DNA of 64,000 nt, from positions 896,001 through 960,000 of the forward strand of contig CAWCNS010000004.1 in assembly GCA_963796965.1 (NCBI GenBank), read 5' to 3'. Under the pieces are notes generated by a model that had not been told where the DNA came from, searched no databases, and saw only the letters and a program-made list of their open reading frames with translations. The position numbers and the translations under genes were made by a program. Positions 22,704 to 33,216 of this stretch are shown here, one piece after another. Every line of letters starts with the position of its first letter. The first letter of the stretch is position 1. Source of the stretch: Calditrichia bacterium (lineage in GTDB: Bacteria; Calditrichota; Calditrichia; JAJRVZ01).

Positions 22704-24191
22704 TTATGGTAACGGTCTCTCAATCTCTTCAGATTTTTCTTTTTTAAATTTAGTGAACAATTTACCCATTTTATCCCATTTAATGACAGTTGTTTCTTTG
22801 ACTGTCCGCCAGGTAAGATAAGCCCCGGCAAGTCCGATAAGAATGTTAGGGAACCACATGGCTAGCATTGGGGGTAATAATCTCCTGTCTGCTAAATCTT
22901 CGCCAAGAATCAGACAAATCCAATAAAGCAAGAAAAAGAAAATACTCAAAGTGACGCCAATACCCATACTTCCCTTTCTTGAAGCAATTCCTAAAGGAGC
23001 ACCAACCAAAATAAATACAATACTGGCAAATGGTATCGAGAATTTTTTATGAATTTCCACCAAATAACGGTTAATGCTAACATCAAAACTGGTCAATCGG
23101 CTACTGGATGTACGGACTAACTGGTATAAGCGACTGGCCTTTCTATAGGCGCGATCACACGCCTTCTTGGTGATTGCTGCGTTTACATGGCTAAGCAGGT
23201 TTATATCGGCTTCAAATTGATCGGAGGTTTCAATTTTTTTTGCCTTTTTTATTCTGTCCTCAAGTGGCAGCCAGGACCGGTTAATTTTATCAATTATCTT
23301 CAGTTTTTCCTTTACCAAAGAGGTGTCACTGGCGCGTACTTTTTCTAACATCATGGCCACATTCATCTCCCGATCACCCCGGTAATTATCCTCTTTGTTT
23401 TCTAATTCGAATTGTGGTGCAGGAATGTTGACACGATTTCTGGCAAAATGTGAAAATCTATAATCTTCGATGTTTCGATTATCTAACTCATGGTATTCAC
23501 CATCAAATAATGTAAATACAAGGCTCTTGGATACCTTTGAATATATCATATATCCTTCATCTGCTGTAACAGTAATTGTTTTGTTCGGATCTTTTCGGTT
23601 AAAAATGGTTACATTTTTCAGGCGGTCTGGCTTTGATTGTAAATCCAGATCTGGCCCGAGCATATTCATACGGTCTGAAAGTTCCTCACCCAAGGTTTTT
23701 TCAATTTTTTCAACGTGAAATGAGTATTTACCCAGGTCGAAGAAAATATTTGGTTCAAGTTTTAGTGTCGCTTTTTTCTGATTGATATTCTGAAACATTA
23801 CCCGCGCCCGGTGATTAAAATCAGGTAATACCTGATCGTTAAAAAGAATCATCAAGATAGTTATTGCGCCGCCAAATATAAGCGCCGGGCGAATTATTTT
23901 GTAAATGCTGATACCACTGGATTTAAGGATAGTTATCTCATTGTCACCTGATAATCGTCCGAATGACATTAATGTGGCAACAAGAACAGACATTGGTACG
24001 GCTAAGGCAAACATCCAGGCAAGATTATAGAAGACAAGTTCAATAATAGTAAAGAATGGTAAACCTTTGCCGAATATTTTAGTTATATATTTTACCAAGA
24101 ATTGCATCAAAAATATGAACATTAGTACACCAAGTGCAAAGACAAAAGGTGGGATATGTTCACGAATGATATATTTTGGTAGAATTTTCAT
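22704..24191 (-). CDS. lptF: LPS export ABC transporter permease LptF (long FCB-type)
   Basis: KILPKYIIREHIPPF, LAVPMSVLVATLMSFGRLSGDNEITILKSSGIS, VEIHKKFSIPFASIVFILVGAPLG. Confidence 0.88.
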   Translation of the reverse strand: MKILPKYIIREHIPPFVFALGVLMFIFLMQFLVKYITKIFGKGLPFFTIIELVFYNLAWMFALAVPMSVLVATLMSFGRLSGDNEITILKSSGISIYKIIRPALIFGGAITILMILFNDQVLPDFNHRARVMFQNINQKKATLKLEPNIFFDLGKYSFHVEKIEKTLGEELSDRMNMLGPDLDLQSKPDRLKNVTIFNRKDPNKTITVTADEGYMIYSKVSKSLVFTLFDGEYHELDNRNIEDYRFSHFARNRVNIPAPQFELENKEDNYRGDREMNVAMMLEKVRASDTSLVKEKLKIIDKINRSWLPLEDRIKKAKKIETSDQFEADINLLSHVNAAITKKACDRAYRKASRLYQLVRTSSSRLTSFDVSINRYLVEIHKKFSIPFASIVFILVGAPLGIASRKGSMGIGVTLSIFFFLLYWICLILGEDLADRRLLPPMLAMWFPNILIGLAGAYLTWRTVKETTVIKWDKMGKLFTKFKKEKSEEIERPLP

Positions 24192-24567
24192 TTATGTTTC
24201 TCATATTTACAGTCTTTTAAATATACGTAAATCTGGTTAGAAGTTCTATCGGGGAAGTAAATTTAGGGATTATCTTACAGGGATCATTAATCTCTCGCAG
24301 CTGCGCAGAGACGCAACGCCTTATTGTTAAATAAATTATGATAGAAAGATGACCATAGAATATTGACTAAATTTGTTTTTATTCATCTTGCTTTGGCCCA
24401 TTGATAAGGCTATTAATCATATCGTTGCAGATATATTAAATATGCTCAAAAACTGAACCAAATTTTTATTTGGTTGTTTAAGATTACAAATAAAGGAAAT
24501 ATTCTCAAATTACCTTTAAATAGATAGCGATTGGGGTCGATATCTTATATAAAGAGACAAATTGATC

Positions 24568-24596
24568 TTGAATATATTCAGGTCTATCCATAAATT
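24568..24596 (+). promoter_or_regulatory. Putative sigma70 promoter for sprA
   Basis: TTGAAT-17 nt-TAAATT ~90 nt upstream of the start. Confidence 0.35.
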
Positions 24597-24688
24597 AGCA
24601 GGTTCAAATAATTATTACTAACTGGAGGAAGTCCAAAGAAAAGTTGCTACGCAATTAACTAACAACGAGTACAATTAAGCGACAACAG

Positions 24689-27600
24689 GTGAAGCAACTC
24701 TTGATTGGAAAAAAGAGGCTCCTCCAGGCCTTTCTACTAGTCATCATCCCTTTATTTATATCTGTAGGGGATCTTTCTGCCCAGATTGGAATGCAAATTC
24801 CGGATCCGACAAGATCAGTGCAACTTTTTGAGCCTGAATCTGAAAGTATGGGTAGTCAATTCCTTGATTCAACCCTTTTTAAAATTACCCCACCTCTATA
24901 TACACGTAATACCACTCTCGATTCTACAGCAAAGTTTGTCACCGTTGAAGAAATCGTTGCTCAAACTGAGTTTAATTTTCCTGCTGTTGTTGACTTGGAT
25001 ACTTATATTCGCCTGCGGTTGGTCTTTGATCGCCGGGAAATGTGGAAGAAAGAAATTGCTAAAACCCTTAGCGAAGGAGACAAGAAAGAGTCTGGGGCGT
25101 TGGAGTTAGAGATCCCGGTGAGGATTAAAAATGAAACATTTACCCGGATATTTGGTTCCGACCGGGTTCGCCTGCGTGTAACCGGCAACATATCTTTTGA
25201 CCTCTCCGGTAGATCGGAGGAAAGGGAAGGGGCGTCAGTAAGCGCTGTTCAGGATCGTGGAAGTTTTAGCCCTCGGTTTAGTCAAACACAGCAATTTACT
25301 ATTGAAGGAAAAATTGGTGAAAAAGTCACCGTATCCGTGGAGCAAAACAGTGAGGCAACCTTCGATTTTGAGAATACCCTGCGTTTAACTTATGAAGGAG
25401 ATGAGGATGAAATCGTCCAAAGTATTGAAGCGGGTAATATTGGTTTGTCATTGCCTTCGACGAAGTATGTGATTTTTGGTGGTTCTAATAAAGGCCTTTT
25501 TGGAATTAAATCAAATATGAAAGTTGGAAATTTTTATGTCACCGGTGTGGCTTCCATTGAAAAAGGTGAGCAGAAGAAATTATCCATATCTGGTAGCTCA
25601 AAAGAAAGTAAAACGGTCATTCATGATTATGACTTTGTAAAAGACCGCTACTTTTTTATGGACAGCTATTACAGAACTCGCTATGAAACTGGATTCTCTG
25701 AGGATCTTCAGCAATGGTATTATGAAGAAGGCACCTTAATTACTGAATTTAATGTTTACCGTTCGGGCGCTTATTCTGATAATGAAGCGAGAAAGGGTGT
25801 TGCCGTTGTTAAGGAAAGAATTGAGGAATTTGAAAACCTGCCCAATCTGGACGGTATTACCGCCGAATCCGGGGAGGTTGAGGTTGCTGAATTTATTCCA
25901 CTTGAAGAAGGCCGGGATTATGAATATGATTATGCCCGTGGTTTCTTCTGGTTAAAGACCCAGGTTAAAGATACAGAAGTCCTTGCCATTGCTTATAAAA
26001 CAGAAGGAGGAGAAAAAGTTGGAACTCTGTTTTCAGAAGTTGTTGGTTCAGACACCTCCAAACATTATGTACTAAGACTGATTAAACCTAAGTCAATACG
26101 ACCGGATCATGAGAAGGTGTGGCCATTGGTGATGCGTAATGTTTACTATCTGGGTGGTACAGATATTGAACAAGAAGGCTTTAATGTTGAAATAGAATTC
26201 AATAAAGATGGTGGTCATGAGCAAACCCAGCAGGTTGAGCCACGTAAACCTTTCCTCAACCTGATGGGACTTGATCTGGTCGATGAAAATGGGGCCGTCG
26301 TAGCGGACGGCGACAAAAATGTGGATGGCAATCCATATTTAATTAACCGGGCAGATGGAATCTTACTTTTTCCAAGTTTAAATCCATTTGACCCACTCGA
26401 TGAAAGTCGTTTTCAATTAGCTGATACAAACAGGGTGCGAATTTATAATCTGACTGATCGTCAAAATCAGATTGACCGCACAAAATTCGAAATGATTGTT
26501 ACTTCAAAGAGTACCCGGTCTACGTTTGATCTTGGATTTAACGTGTTGGAAGGTAGTGAAGAGGTGCTTTTAAACGGTTCCCCCCTTTCCCGCAATGTTG
26601 ATTACATCATCGACTACTTTACGGGACAACTCACTTTAATATCCAATAAAGCGAAGCGTGCCAGTTCAAATATAGAAATTAAATATGAAAAAGCATCAAT
26701 CTTTCAGTTAGATAAGAAAACCATCCTAGGTGGGCGGGCAGAATACCGATTTTGGGATGATTCCTTTATTGGTTTTACAGCCCTGTATATGAATAAGTCA
26801 ACCCTGGAACAACGTGTCCGTGTTGGGCAGGAGCCATTTAGTAATTTTGTTTGGGATGTTAATATGGCTTTGAATTTTAGCCCAAGATTTCTTACGGATT
26901 TTATAAATATTTTCACTTTCGGTGAGACGAATACAGATTCACGGATAAAAATAGAGGCCGAATATGCACAGGTGATGCCAAAACCTAATACGCTTAATAA
27001 TGAAGGTACCGGTGATTATGAAGGTGTCGCTTATATTGATGATTTTGAGGGAACAAAGAGGGCAACCACATTGGGTATCCGATACAATGCCTGGACAACT
27101 GCCAGTCCCCCGGCGATTTTCCCAGCTATATCTAATGGATTCACTTTGGTTGATACGGTTGCTGACAGGAGACGGGGTAACATGGTTTGGTTTAATCCTT
27201 ATGAACAGGAGTTAATAAAAAATATCTGGCCAAACAGAGATGTGAATGCCGAGACAGGACAGACAACCGATGTTCTCGGTTTACAGGTATGGCGCAAACC
27301 TGAACAGGAGCAGGATGAGGCCTGGGTTGGGATTATGCGTTCAACTGCCAGTTTCCCGAATCAGCAGAAAACCAAATTCATTGAAATGTGGGTGAAGGAG
27401 GATTCTCTTCTTAACCCAAATTATGTGACCTTTAATATTGATATTGGTCAGATCTCAGAAGACTGGTACATGTTTACTGAAAGAGATGGGCAACGTGTCT
27501 ATGGGGCGCCGGACTGGAAAGGATTAAATACAGAAGACCAGAATAGAAACGGGATTCTCGATGTAAATGAAGATACAGGTATCGATGGTATACCCTTTGG

Positions 27601-30600
27601 CCAGGCGGGCCATGATCCGAATGATCGCTGGAAAGCGCCAGACAGAAGAGCACTTCATCCATATGATGGTATTAATGGTACTGAAGGTAATTCGCAGGCC
27701 CAGGCAGCCAACTATCCCGATTCTGAAGATTTAGATGGTAATGGGCAGGTGGATCTTCTTAATGAATATTTTCATTATAGTTTTACCCTGGATCCTAGTG
27801 ATGAGAAGTCAAAAGAGTGGTTATCAGGATCTACGGCAAGTGGCTGGCGACAGTTCAGAATTCCACTGCCAGAGTGGGATCGGGAGAACAGTGTCGGTCA
27901 CCCTGATACGACATTTCAATCTGTTTACTATGTACGATTATGGTTTAGTAACCTGACCGAAGAAAGAGATAATATTCGTATCGCCACATTTGATTTTGTT
28001 GGCAATGAATGGGAAGAAGAAGGCATCTCTCAGGATGATTCAAGTAAATTCGTACAAAATGATTCACTCTTTTCCTTAACCGTATATAATACAGAAGAAA
28101 ATGCCGTCGCAATTCCTGGTGGCCCGCCTCCTTATACATCACCGCCTGGGGTCAGTGGAATAGTTGACCGGATAACCAAGGCAAGATCTAAGGAACAGGC
28201 CATGGTTATGCGGATCAAAGACCTGGCACCTGGTGCAGCTGCACAGGCTCGTAAAACCCTTTATGGGAATATTATGCAGCTGGTGAATTACAAGTATTTA
28301 CGAATGTTTGTACATGGAGACCCCAGATCAATTCCTGCATCGCCTCTCGATAAGAAGAGTCCAGTAAACATATATGTAAGGTTTGGTGCGGATAATAATA
28401 ATTATTATGAGTATGGACAGGAGGTCTATGCCGGGTGGGCCGGTGTCAATGAAATTGACATCGATTTAACAGAGTTGACGCGTTCAAAGTTTACTCACAA
28501 CCAGCGAACTACCGTTCCCGACAGACCTGGCGGTTATTATAGAATTGAAGGTAATCCAAGTCTAAATACGGTAAGGTTTTTTAGGGTTGGCGTAAAAAAC
28601 AATGATGTGTTTTCCTGGTCCGGGGAAATCTGGCTTGATGAAATGCGTGTATCCGGCGTCAGGCAGGATGAGGGGTCTGCGCTACGATTAAGCACAAGTG
28701 TAGCCGTTGCGGATGTGCTGACTTTTGCTGGTCATTGGGAAAGTAAGGATGCTGATTTTCATGATATTAAAACCCAGTTTGGTTCTGGGAATTCAATAGA
28801 ATCGCAAAATTATTCGGGAGTATTTCACCTGGACAGGTTGTTTCCCACGGGATTAAACATCTCTTTTCCCATTGATGCCAGGGCATCATTTAGCAAAAAC
28901 ATCCCAAAATACTTCCCTAAAACTGATATTCTCACCGGATATAAAAATGAAAATATCTATGAAAAACTCAAATCATTGTTTGGCATGAAGTTTTTACATC
29001 CGGATATTGAAAGCCAGGTTTCCTATTCAGAAATATTTGGTGTCGGAACGACAATTAAGAGAAGGATCAAGTCAGACTTCTGGCTATGGTATCATACGAT
29101 TGATCAGATAACCTTAGATTTTGATTTTTCAAATAAAAGCAGTCGGGATTACCGGACAGCCTTTAACCGGTCTGAACAGTGGCGATTCTCATTTACCTAT
29201 GGCATACCATTTGGTAAGGAAAATTTTATTTCTCCATTTGATATTTTTGAAGGGTTTCCGATCCTGGAGGAATTAGCAACCCAAAAAATTTACTTTACAC
29301 CCAATTCTGCAACGTTTAGCGTTAATATTTCTGATAATAAACAATCAAATCGCCTGCGGGCAGCAGATAAGGTTACAAGTACAGTCAATACCATGTCGAG
29401 TCGCAAAGCTAATGTGGGTTTTCGTTTATTACCTAGTGTAAACATGACATGGAGCAGAACGCATAAAGCAGATGCCGACTTTATTGGTATGAGTGGAAAA
29501 GAATTGTTTAAATCAATAATCAGTAATTTGGATTTTGGCCTGGATACAGATATCAGTCAAAGTTTTAAGTTTGATTACAAACCTAAAATAATTGACTGGT
29601 TAACTACAGATTTTTCATATTCATCGGATTTTAGGTACTATTTCGTAAATCTATCTAAAAATCAGAAACAGAGTTCTAACAGGATTGGAAGAAGAGCTTC
29701 AGCATCTTTTAGTCCTAGCCAGTTGGTGAATATGATCTATACGCCAGAAGCAGCGCCAGCGGCTAAAAAGACCAGTCGTGGTCGACGCCCCAGAAAAAAG
29801 ACTAAAGAAGAAACAGAGGAAGTTGTCGAGCAGAAGGCTTCACCAGATACGACAAAAAAAGAATTTAAGATTCCAAATCCATTAATGCTTATTTGGGGTT
29901 TCTTTGATGCCTGGAAAAAGATACAGGCATCGTATACATGGAATCAGAATGTGGCAAATTCATTTGTTTCAGATATACCCAGTCTGAAATATCAGTTTGG
30001 CTTTACAATGGATCCGGGCGTTCCCCAGGACACCAGTTTTAGCACTATCTTGGTAGGTCCTTCTGTAACGGATTCACGGTCACTCCGGACTTCAGTGAAT
30101 TTTGATATTGCATCAAATGTTAAGACAAGTTTTAGCCATGAATATTCGGTTTCTGAAACAAGTAATGATAAAACACGTACCGGAAATGAGTCCAGTACAT
30201 TTCTGGCCTGGGGGGAGAATCCCGCAGAAGAATTTTCTGGCCTGGAAGGAGATATCCGCCGGTTTGTTCCAGATTGGACTGTGAAAATTGGTGGGTTGGA
30301 AGAATTTTTGTTCTTTAAAGGATTAGCAAAAACAGTAACAATAGAGCATGCCAGATCCGGGAAATATACCTCCAGTAAGAAATTAGCGAATAATGAATTA
30401 GTACCCGCTGCAGAAACATTTTCACATAATTACCAGCCTCTGATAGGATTAAGTATTACCTGGTTAGGAGAGGTGCGTTCAACAATTCGTCTCAGCCAGG
30501 GTGCGACCTTTAATGCGAAATCAGCTGGTGGGGCAACCCGCTCAGAAAACAGCACCTTTTCTGTCTCAGCTTCCTATGCTACGAGCGGCGGGTTCCAGAT

Positions 30601-30892
30601 TCCTATACCCATCTGGCCGTTTAAGGGCGCAACGTTTAAAAATGAAATAAATTTTTCCCTGTCATTCGACCGTTCTGTAAATAAAACATTTCAGAAACAA
30701 TTGAATCAGAGTGAGTTCCAGGAAAACCAAAATAATACATCCTGGAAACTAAGACCTGCTGCTTCATACCGCTTTAATAAAAGAGTATCTGGTAGTCTTT
30801 ATTATGAAACGGGTGTAACCGAAAATAAAATTAGTGGAAAATTTAGCTGGAATGAGTTCGGTGTTACGGTAAATATTGCCATCAGGGATTAA
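24689..30892 (+). CDS. sprA: T9SS outer-membrane translocon SprA (cell surface protein SprA/Sov)
   Basis: 2067 aa; IEGKIGEKV, FDFENTLRLTYEGDEDEIVQSIEAGNI, GLFGIKS, MRNVYYLG, DYIIDYFTGQLTL, YIDDFEG, GEIWLDEMRV; beta-strand-rich C-terminus. Confidence 0.93.
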   Translation: MKQLLIGKKRLLQAFLLVIIPLFISVGDLSAQIGMQIPDPTRSVQLFEPESESMGSQFLDSTLFKITPPLYTRNTTLDSTAKFVTVEEIVAQTEFNFPAVVDLDTYIRLRLVFDRREMWKKEIAKTLSEGDKKESGALELEIPVRIKNETFTRIFGSDRVRLRVTGNISFDLSGRSEEREGASVSAVQDRGSFSPRFSQTQQFTIEGKIGEKVTVSVEQNSEATFDFENTLRLTYEGDEDEIVQSIEAGNIGLSLPSTKYVIFGGSNKGLFGIKSNMKVGNFYVTGVASIEKGEQKKLSISGSSKESKTVIHDYDFVKDRYFFMDSYYRTRYETGFSEDLQQWYYEEGTLITEFNVYRSGAYSDNEARKGVAVVKERIEEFENLPNLDGITAESGEVEVAEFIPLEEGRDYEYDYARGFFWLKTQVKDTEVLAIAYKTEGGEKVGTLFSEVVGSDTSKHYVLRLIKPKSIRPDHEKVWPLVMRNVYYLGGTDIEQEGFNVEIEFNKDGGHEQTQQVEPRKPFLNLMGLDLVDENGAVVADGDKNVDGNPYLINRADGILLFPSLNPFDPLDESRFQLADTNRVRIYNLTDRQNQIDRTKFEMIVTSKSTRSTFDLGFNVLEGSEEVLLNGSPLSRNVDYIIDYFTGQLTLISNKAKRASSNIEIKYEKASIFQLDKKTILGGRAEYRFWDDSFIGFTALYMNKSTLEQRVRVGQEPFSNFVWDVNMALNFSPRFLTDFINIFTFGETNTDSRIKIEAEYAQVMPKPNTLNNEGTGDYEGVAYIDDFEGTKRATTLGIRYNAWTTASPPAIFPAISNGFTLVDTVADRRRGNMVWFNPYEQELIKNIWPNRDVNAETGQTTDVLGLQVWRKPEQEQDEAWVGIMRSTASFPNQQKTKFIEMWVKEDSLLNPNYVTFNIDIGQISEDWYMFTERDGQRVYGAPDWKGLNTEDQNRNGILDVNEDTGIDGIPFGQAGHDPNDRWKAPDRRALHPYDGINGTEGNSQAQAANYPDSEDLDGNGQVDLLNEYFHYSFTLDPSDEKSKEWLSGSTASGWRQFRIPLPEWDRENSVGHPDTTFQSVYYVRLWFSNLTEERDNIRIATFDFVGNEWEEEGISQDDSSKFVQNDSLFSLTVYNTEENAVAIPGGPPPYTSPPGVSGIVDRITKARSKEQAMVMRIKDLAPGAAAQARKTLYGNIMQLVNYKYLRMFVHGDPRSIPASPLDKKSPVNIYVRFGADNNNYYEYGQEVYAGWAGVNEIDIDLTELTRSKFTHNQRTTVPDRPGGYYRIEGNPSLNTVRFFRVGVKNNDVFSWSGEIWLDEMRVSGVRQDEGSALRLSTSVAVADVLTFAGHWESKDADFHDIKTQFGSGNSIESQNYSGVFHLDRLFPTGLNISFPIDARASFSKNIPKYFPKTDILTGYKNENIYEKLKSLFGMKFLHPDIESQVSYSEIFGVGTTIKRRIKSDFWLWYHTIDQITLDFDFSNKSSRDYRTAFNRSEQWRFSFTYGIPFGKENFISPFDIFEGFPILEELATQKIYFTPNSATFSVNISDNKQSNRLRAADKVTSTVNTMSSRKANVGFRLLPSVNMTWSRTHKADADFIGMSGKELFKSIISNLDFGLDTDISQSFKFDYKPKIIDWLTTDFSYSSDFRYYFVNLSKNQKQSSNRIGRRASASFSPSQLVNMIYTPEAAPAAKKTSRGRRPRKKTKEETEEVVEQKASPDTTKKEFKIPNPLMLIWGFFDAWKKIQASYTWNQNVANSFVSDIPSLKYQFGFTMDPGVPQDTSFSTILVGPSVTDSRSLRTSVNFDIASNVKTSFSHEYSVSETSNDKTRTGNESSTFLAWGENPAEEFSGLEGDIRRFVPDWTVKIGGLEEFLFFKGLAKTVTIEHARSGKYTSSKKLANNELVPAAETFSHNYQPLIGLSITWLGEVRSTIRLSQGATFNAKSAGGATRSENSTFSVSASYATSGGFQIPIPIWPFKGATFKNEINFSLSFDRSVNKTFQKQLNQSEFQENQNNTSWKLRPAASYRFNKRVSGSLYYETGVTENKISGKFSWNEFGVTVNIAIRD

Positions 30893-30904
30893 ATCAGTAT
30901 ATTT

Positions 30905-30967
30905 AATTAGAATATAGGAATTACAAGTTAGTAATTTGTAACTGGGAATTAGGAATTGGAATATGGT
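30905..30967 (+). repeat. Degenerate heptamer array (AATTAGG-like) x9
   Basis: AATTAGA ATATAGG AATTACA AGTTAGT AATTTGT AACTGGG AATTAGG AATTGGA ATATGGT after the sprA stop. Confidence 0.65.
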
Positions 30968-31050
30968 GTTTAAAACTGAAGCGAATGGTTTCAGGATAAT
31001 TAATTGGTTTTATCTCTCGTTATTTCGTTGATAAAAAAGTAGGTGAGAAT

Positions 31051-31914
31051 ATGAGTTGGATCGAAATTAGAATGGATCTCCCCCAGGAAAAACTGGAACT
31101 CATCTCAGGGTATCTGTTTGCACAGGGATGTGAGGGTATAAACATGACTGAAAATGGAATCCTGATATATTTTAGTCAACACCGATGGTCAAGTGAAATA
31201 AAACTTGCCCTGTTGGATTATATACAAGAGTTTATTCCTGGATTTGGAACAAGAAACCTCAGGGTCATTTCTTTCGCTGACAAAGATTGGAATAAAAATT
31301 GGAAAAACTTTTTTCGACCTATCCATATCACAACTCGTCTAGTGGTAAAACCCCCCTGGGAAAAGTATCGCAGCCATCCTGGAGAAATTGTCCTTACCAT
31401 CAATCCTCAGATGGCATTTGGAACAGGACACCATGAAAGTACCCAGTTAATTGCGCAATGCCTGGAAAAGTACGTCAAACCAGGCATGCGTATTCTTGAT
31501 TTAGGGACAGGCAGTGGGATTCTCGCCCTTTTTGCTGAAAAATTAGCTGCTGAATCGGTTATGGCCATTGATAATGATCCCGTGGCATTAAAAAATGCCT
31601 TTGAGAATGCCAAATTGAATAATGCTTCAGATATTGTAAAATTTTTTGTAGCACAACCAGAGAACCTACAACCTTCAGAATATGATATTGTAATGGCCAA
31701 TATAAATCGAAATGTCCTTCTACGATATGCGGACCTGCTTCCCAAGTTTTTAAATGTGGGAGGAATATTGATGCTTTCTGGCATTATTCTTTCTGATGAG
31801 CCGACAATGATTAATGCATTTAATAAATCTGGATTCCGCCTGGTAGAAAAAACGGCTTTGAAAGATTGGCTTTCGTTGATGTTTGAATTAAAAGAAAAAA
31901 AAGAAGAGGTATGA
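31051..31914 (+). CDS. prmA: Ribosomal protein L11 methyltransferase
   Basis: DWNKNWKNFFRP, INPQMAFGTGHHEST, LDLGTGSGILA, DIVMANI, LSGII. Confidence 0.95.
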   Translation: MSWIEIRMDLPQEKLELISGYLFAQGCEGINMTENGILIYFSQHRWSSEIKLALLDYIQEFIPGFGTRNLRVISFADKDWNKNWKNFFRPIHITTRLVVKPPWEKYRSHPGEIVLTINPQMAFGTGHHESTQLIAQCLEKYVKPGMRILDLGTGSGILALFAEKLAAESVMAIDNDPVALKNAFENAKLNNASDIVKFFVAQPENLQPSEYDIVMANINRNVLLRYADLLPKFLNVGGILMLSGIILSDEPTMINAFNKSGFRLVEKTALKDWLSLMFELKEKKEEV

Positions 31915-31958
31915 GTAATTAAATCATTTAAATCAGATTTATTGAAGAAGGGCCATAA

Positions 31959-33200
31959 GTGAAATTTACATCTAGTTTGAGTTTAACTCTATTGGCAATA
32001 ATTTTTGCCGGTATCTCGTGTAGTCCGGAAGAAAATAATCCTCTTGATACGGGACAAAATCCAATTATTTCAAAGATTAATATCCAACAGAAATGGAATA
32101 ATCTAAATGCGGATCCGTATAAAATTGAAGTTTGGGTTCAGGATCCTCAGGGAATTAGAAATTTAAAGACTGTTAAGATCACAATCGTGCAGGATCTGAA
32201 TCAGGAAATTGTTCTCGAGGATTCATTGTTGGATGATGGTGGCTATCTCTATCCGGATGATGGGGACGTCCTTGCTGGTGATGGCGTCTTTAGTAACCAT
32301 TTTCGTGCTGATCAAATTAGTCTGCAATCGGAAGAGCTTACTTTTACTCTAAATGTTATTGCAATGGATGAAGATTTTAATCAAAACCAGCTATTTTCAT
32401 ACCCCCTGGTTATAGGAGAAAATCAATCCCCTAAAATCCATCGTATTGAAGCGCCTGATTCACTTTCAGCAGATAAGCCGGGTATTACATTTTCTATCTC
32501 AGTATCCGACAGCAATGGGATTGGTGATGTCCTAGAAGCATATTTTGAAAGTGAGGATTTGACAAAGGGATATACTAAATTTGAACAGTTTCTATATAAT
32601 GACGGTGATATGGAAATTCATGGGGATGAAATACCGGGAGATTCAATATTCTCAACGAAAATCACACCGGAATTTGGTGAAGGAAAAGTGGGCCATTATA
32701 ACCTGAGGTTTTATGTCAGGGATAGCTATGGCGAAATGAACAAAGAGATTGCAAGTCATGTGATATATATTGGTAACCTACCCCCTGAGATTGTATCGAT
32801 CTCAATGCCAGACACCCTCCATATACCTGCAGGGACAGGGGTTGACGACTATAACTATAAACCTATTACTGTACAGGTTTCTGATCCGGAAGGATTGGGT
32901 AGTATTGATTCCGTGTATTTTTATTCCAGAAAACCTGATGGGGAGTTGGCAAATAATGGCAGTCCATTTGTAATGGTTGATAATGGTCAGGCATTTAATA
33001 TTAATGATTGGTTTAGATTTGATAATTATGGTGACCAGACGGCCAATGACGGCTATTATGCTTACCCTCTGATTGTCAGGAATGATTTTGATCCGGGTGT
33101 ATATACTTTTATTTTTTATGTACGTGATAAGGCTGGCAATTTAGTGGGACCTATAAATAAAGATATTGAGTTGATCAGTCCATTGGGACAAATTGAATAG
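31959..33200 (+). CDS. Lipoprotein with three Ig-like 'choice-of-anchor X'-type repeats
   Basis: Lipobox FAGISC; three copies of V.D..G..(I/L)..V plus (L/M).(D/N)DG...GD...(G/N)D(G/S).(F/Y). Confidence 0.7.
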   Translation: MKFTSSLSLTLLAIIFAGISCSPEENNPLDTGQNPIISKINIQQKWNNLNADPYKIEVWVQDPQGIRNLKTVKITIVQDLNQEIVLEDSLLDDGGYLYPDDGDVLAGDGVFSNHFRADQISLQSEELTFTLNVIAMDEDFNQNQLFSYPLVIGENQSPKIHRIEAPDSLSADKPGITFSISVSDSNGIGDVLEAYFESEDLTKGYTKFEQFLYNDGDMEIHGDEIPGDSIFSTKITPEFGEGKVGHYNLRFYVRDSYGEMNKEIASHVIYIGNLPPEIVSISMPDTLHIPAGTGVDDYNYKPITVQVSDPEGLGSIDSVYFYSRKPDGELANNGSPFVMVDNGQAFNINDWFRFDNYGDQTANDGYYAYPLIVRNDFDPGVYTFIFYVRDKAGNLVGPINKDIELISPLGQIE

Positions 33201-33216
33201 ATAGGATTACAAAAAC

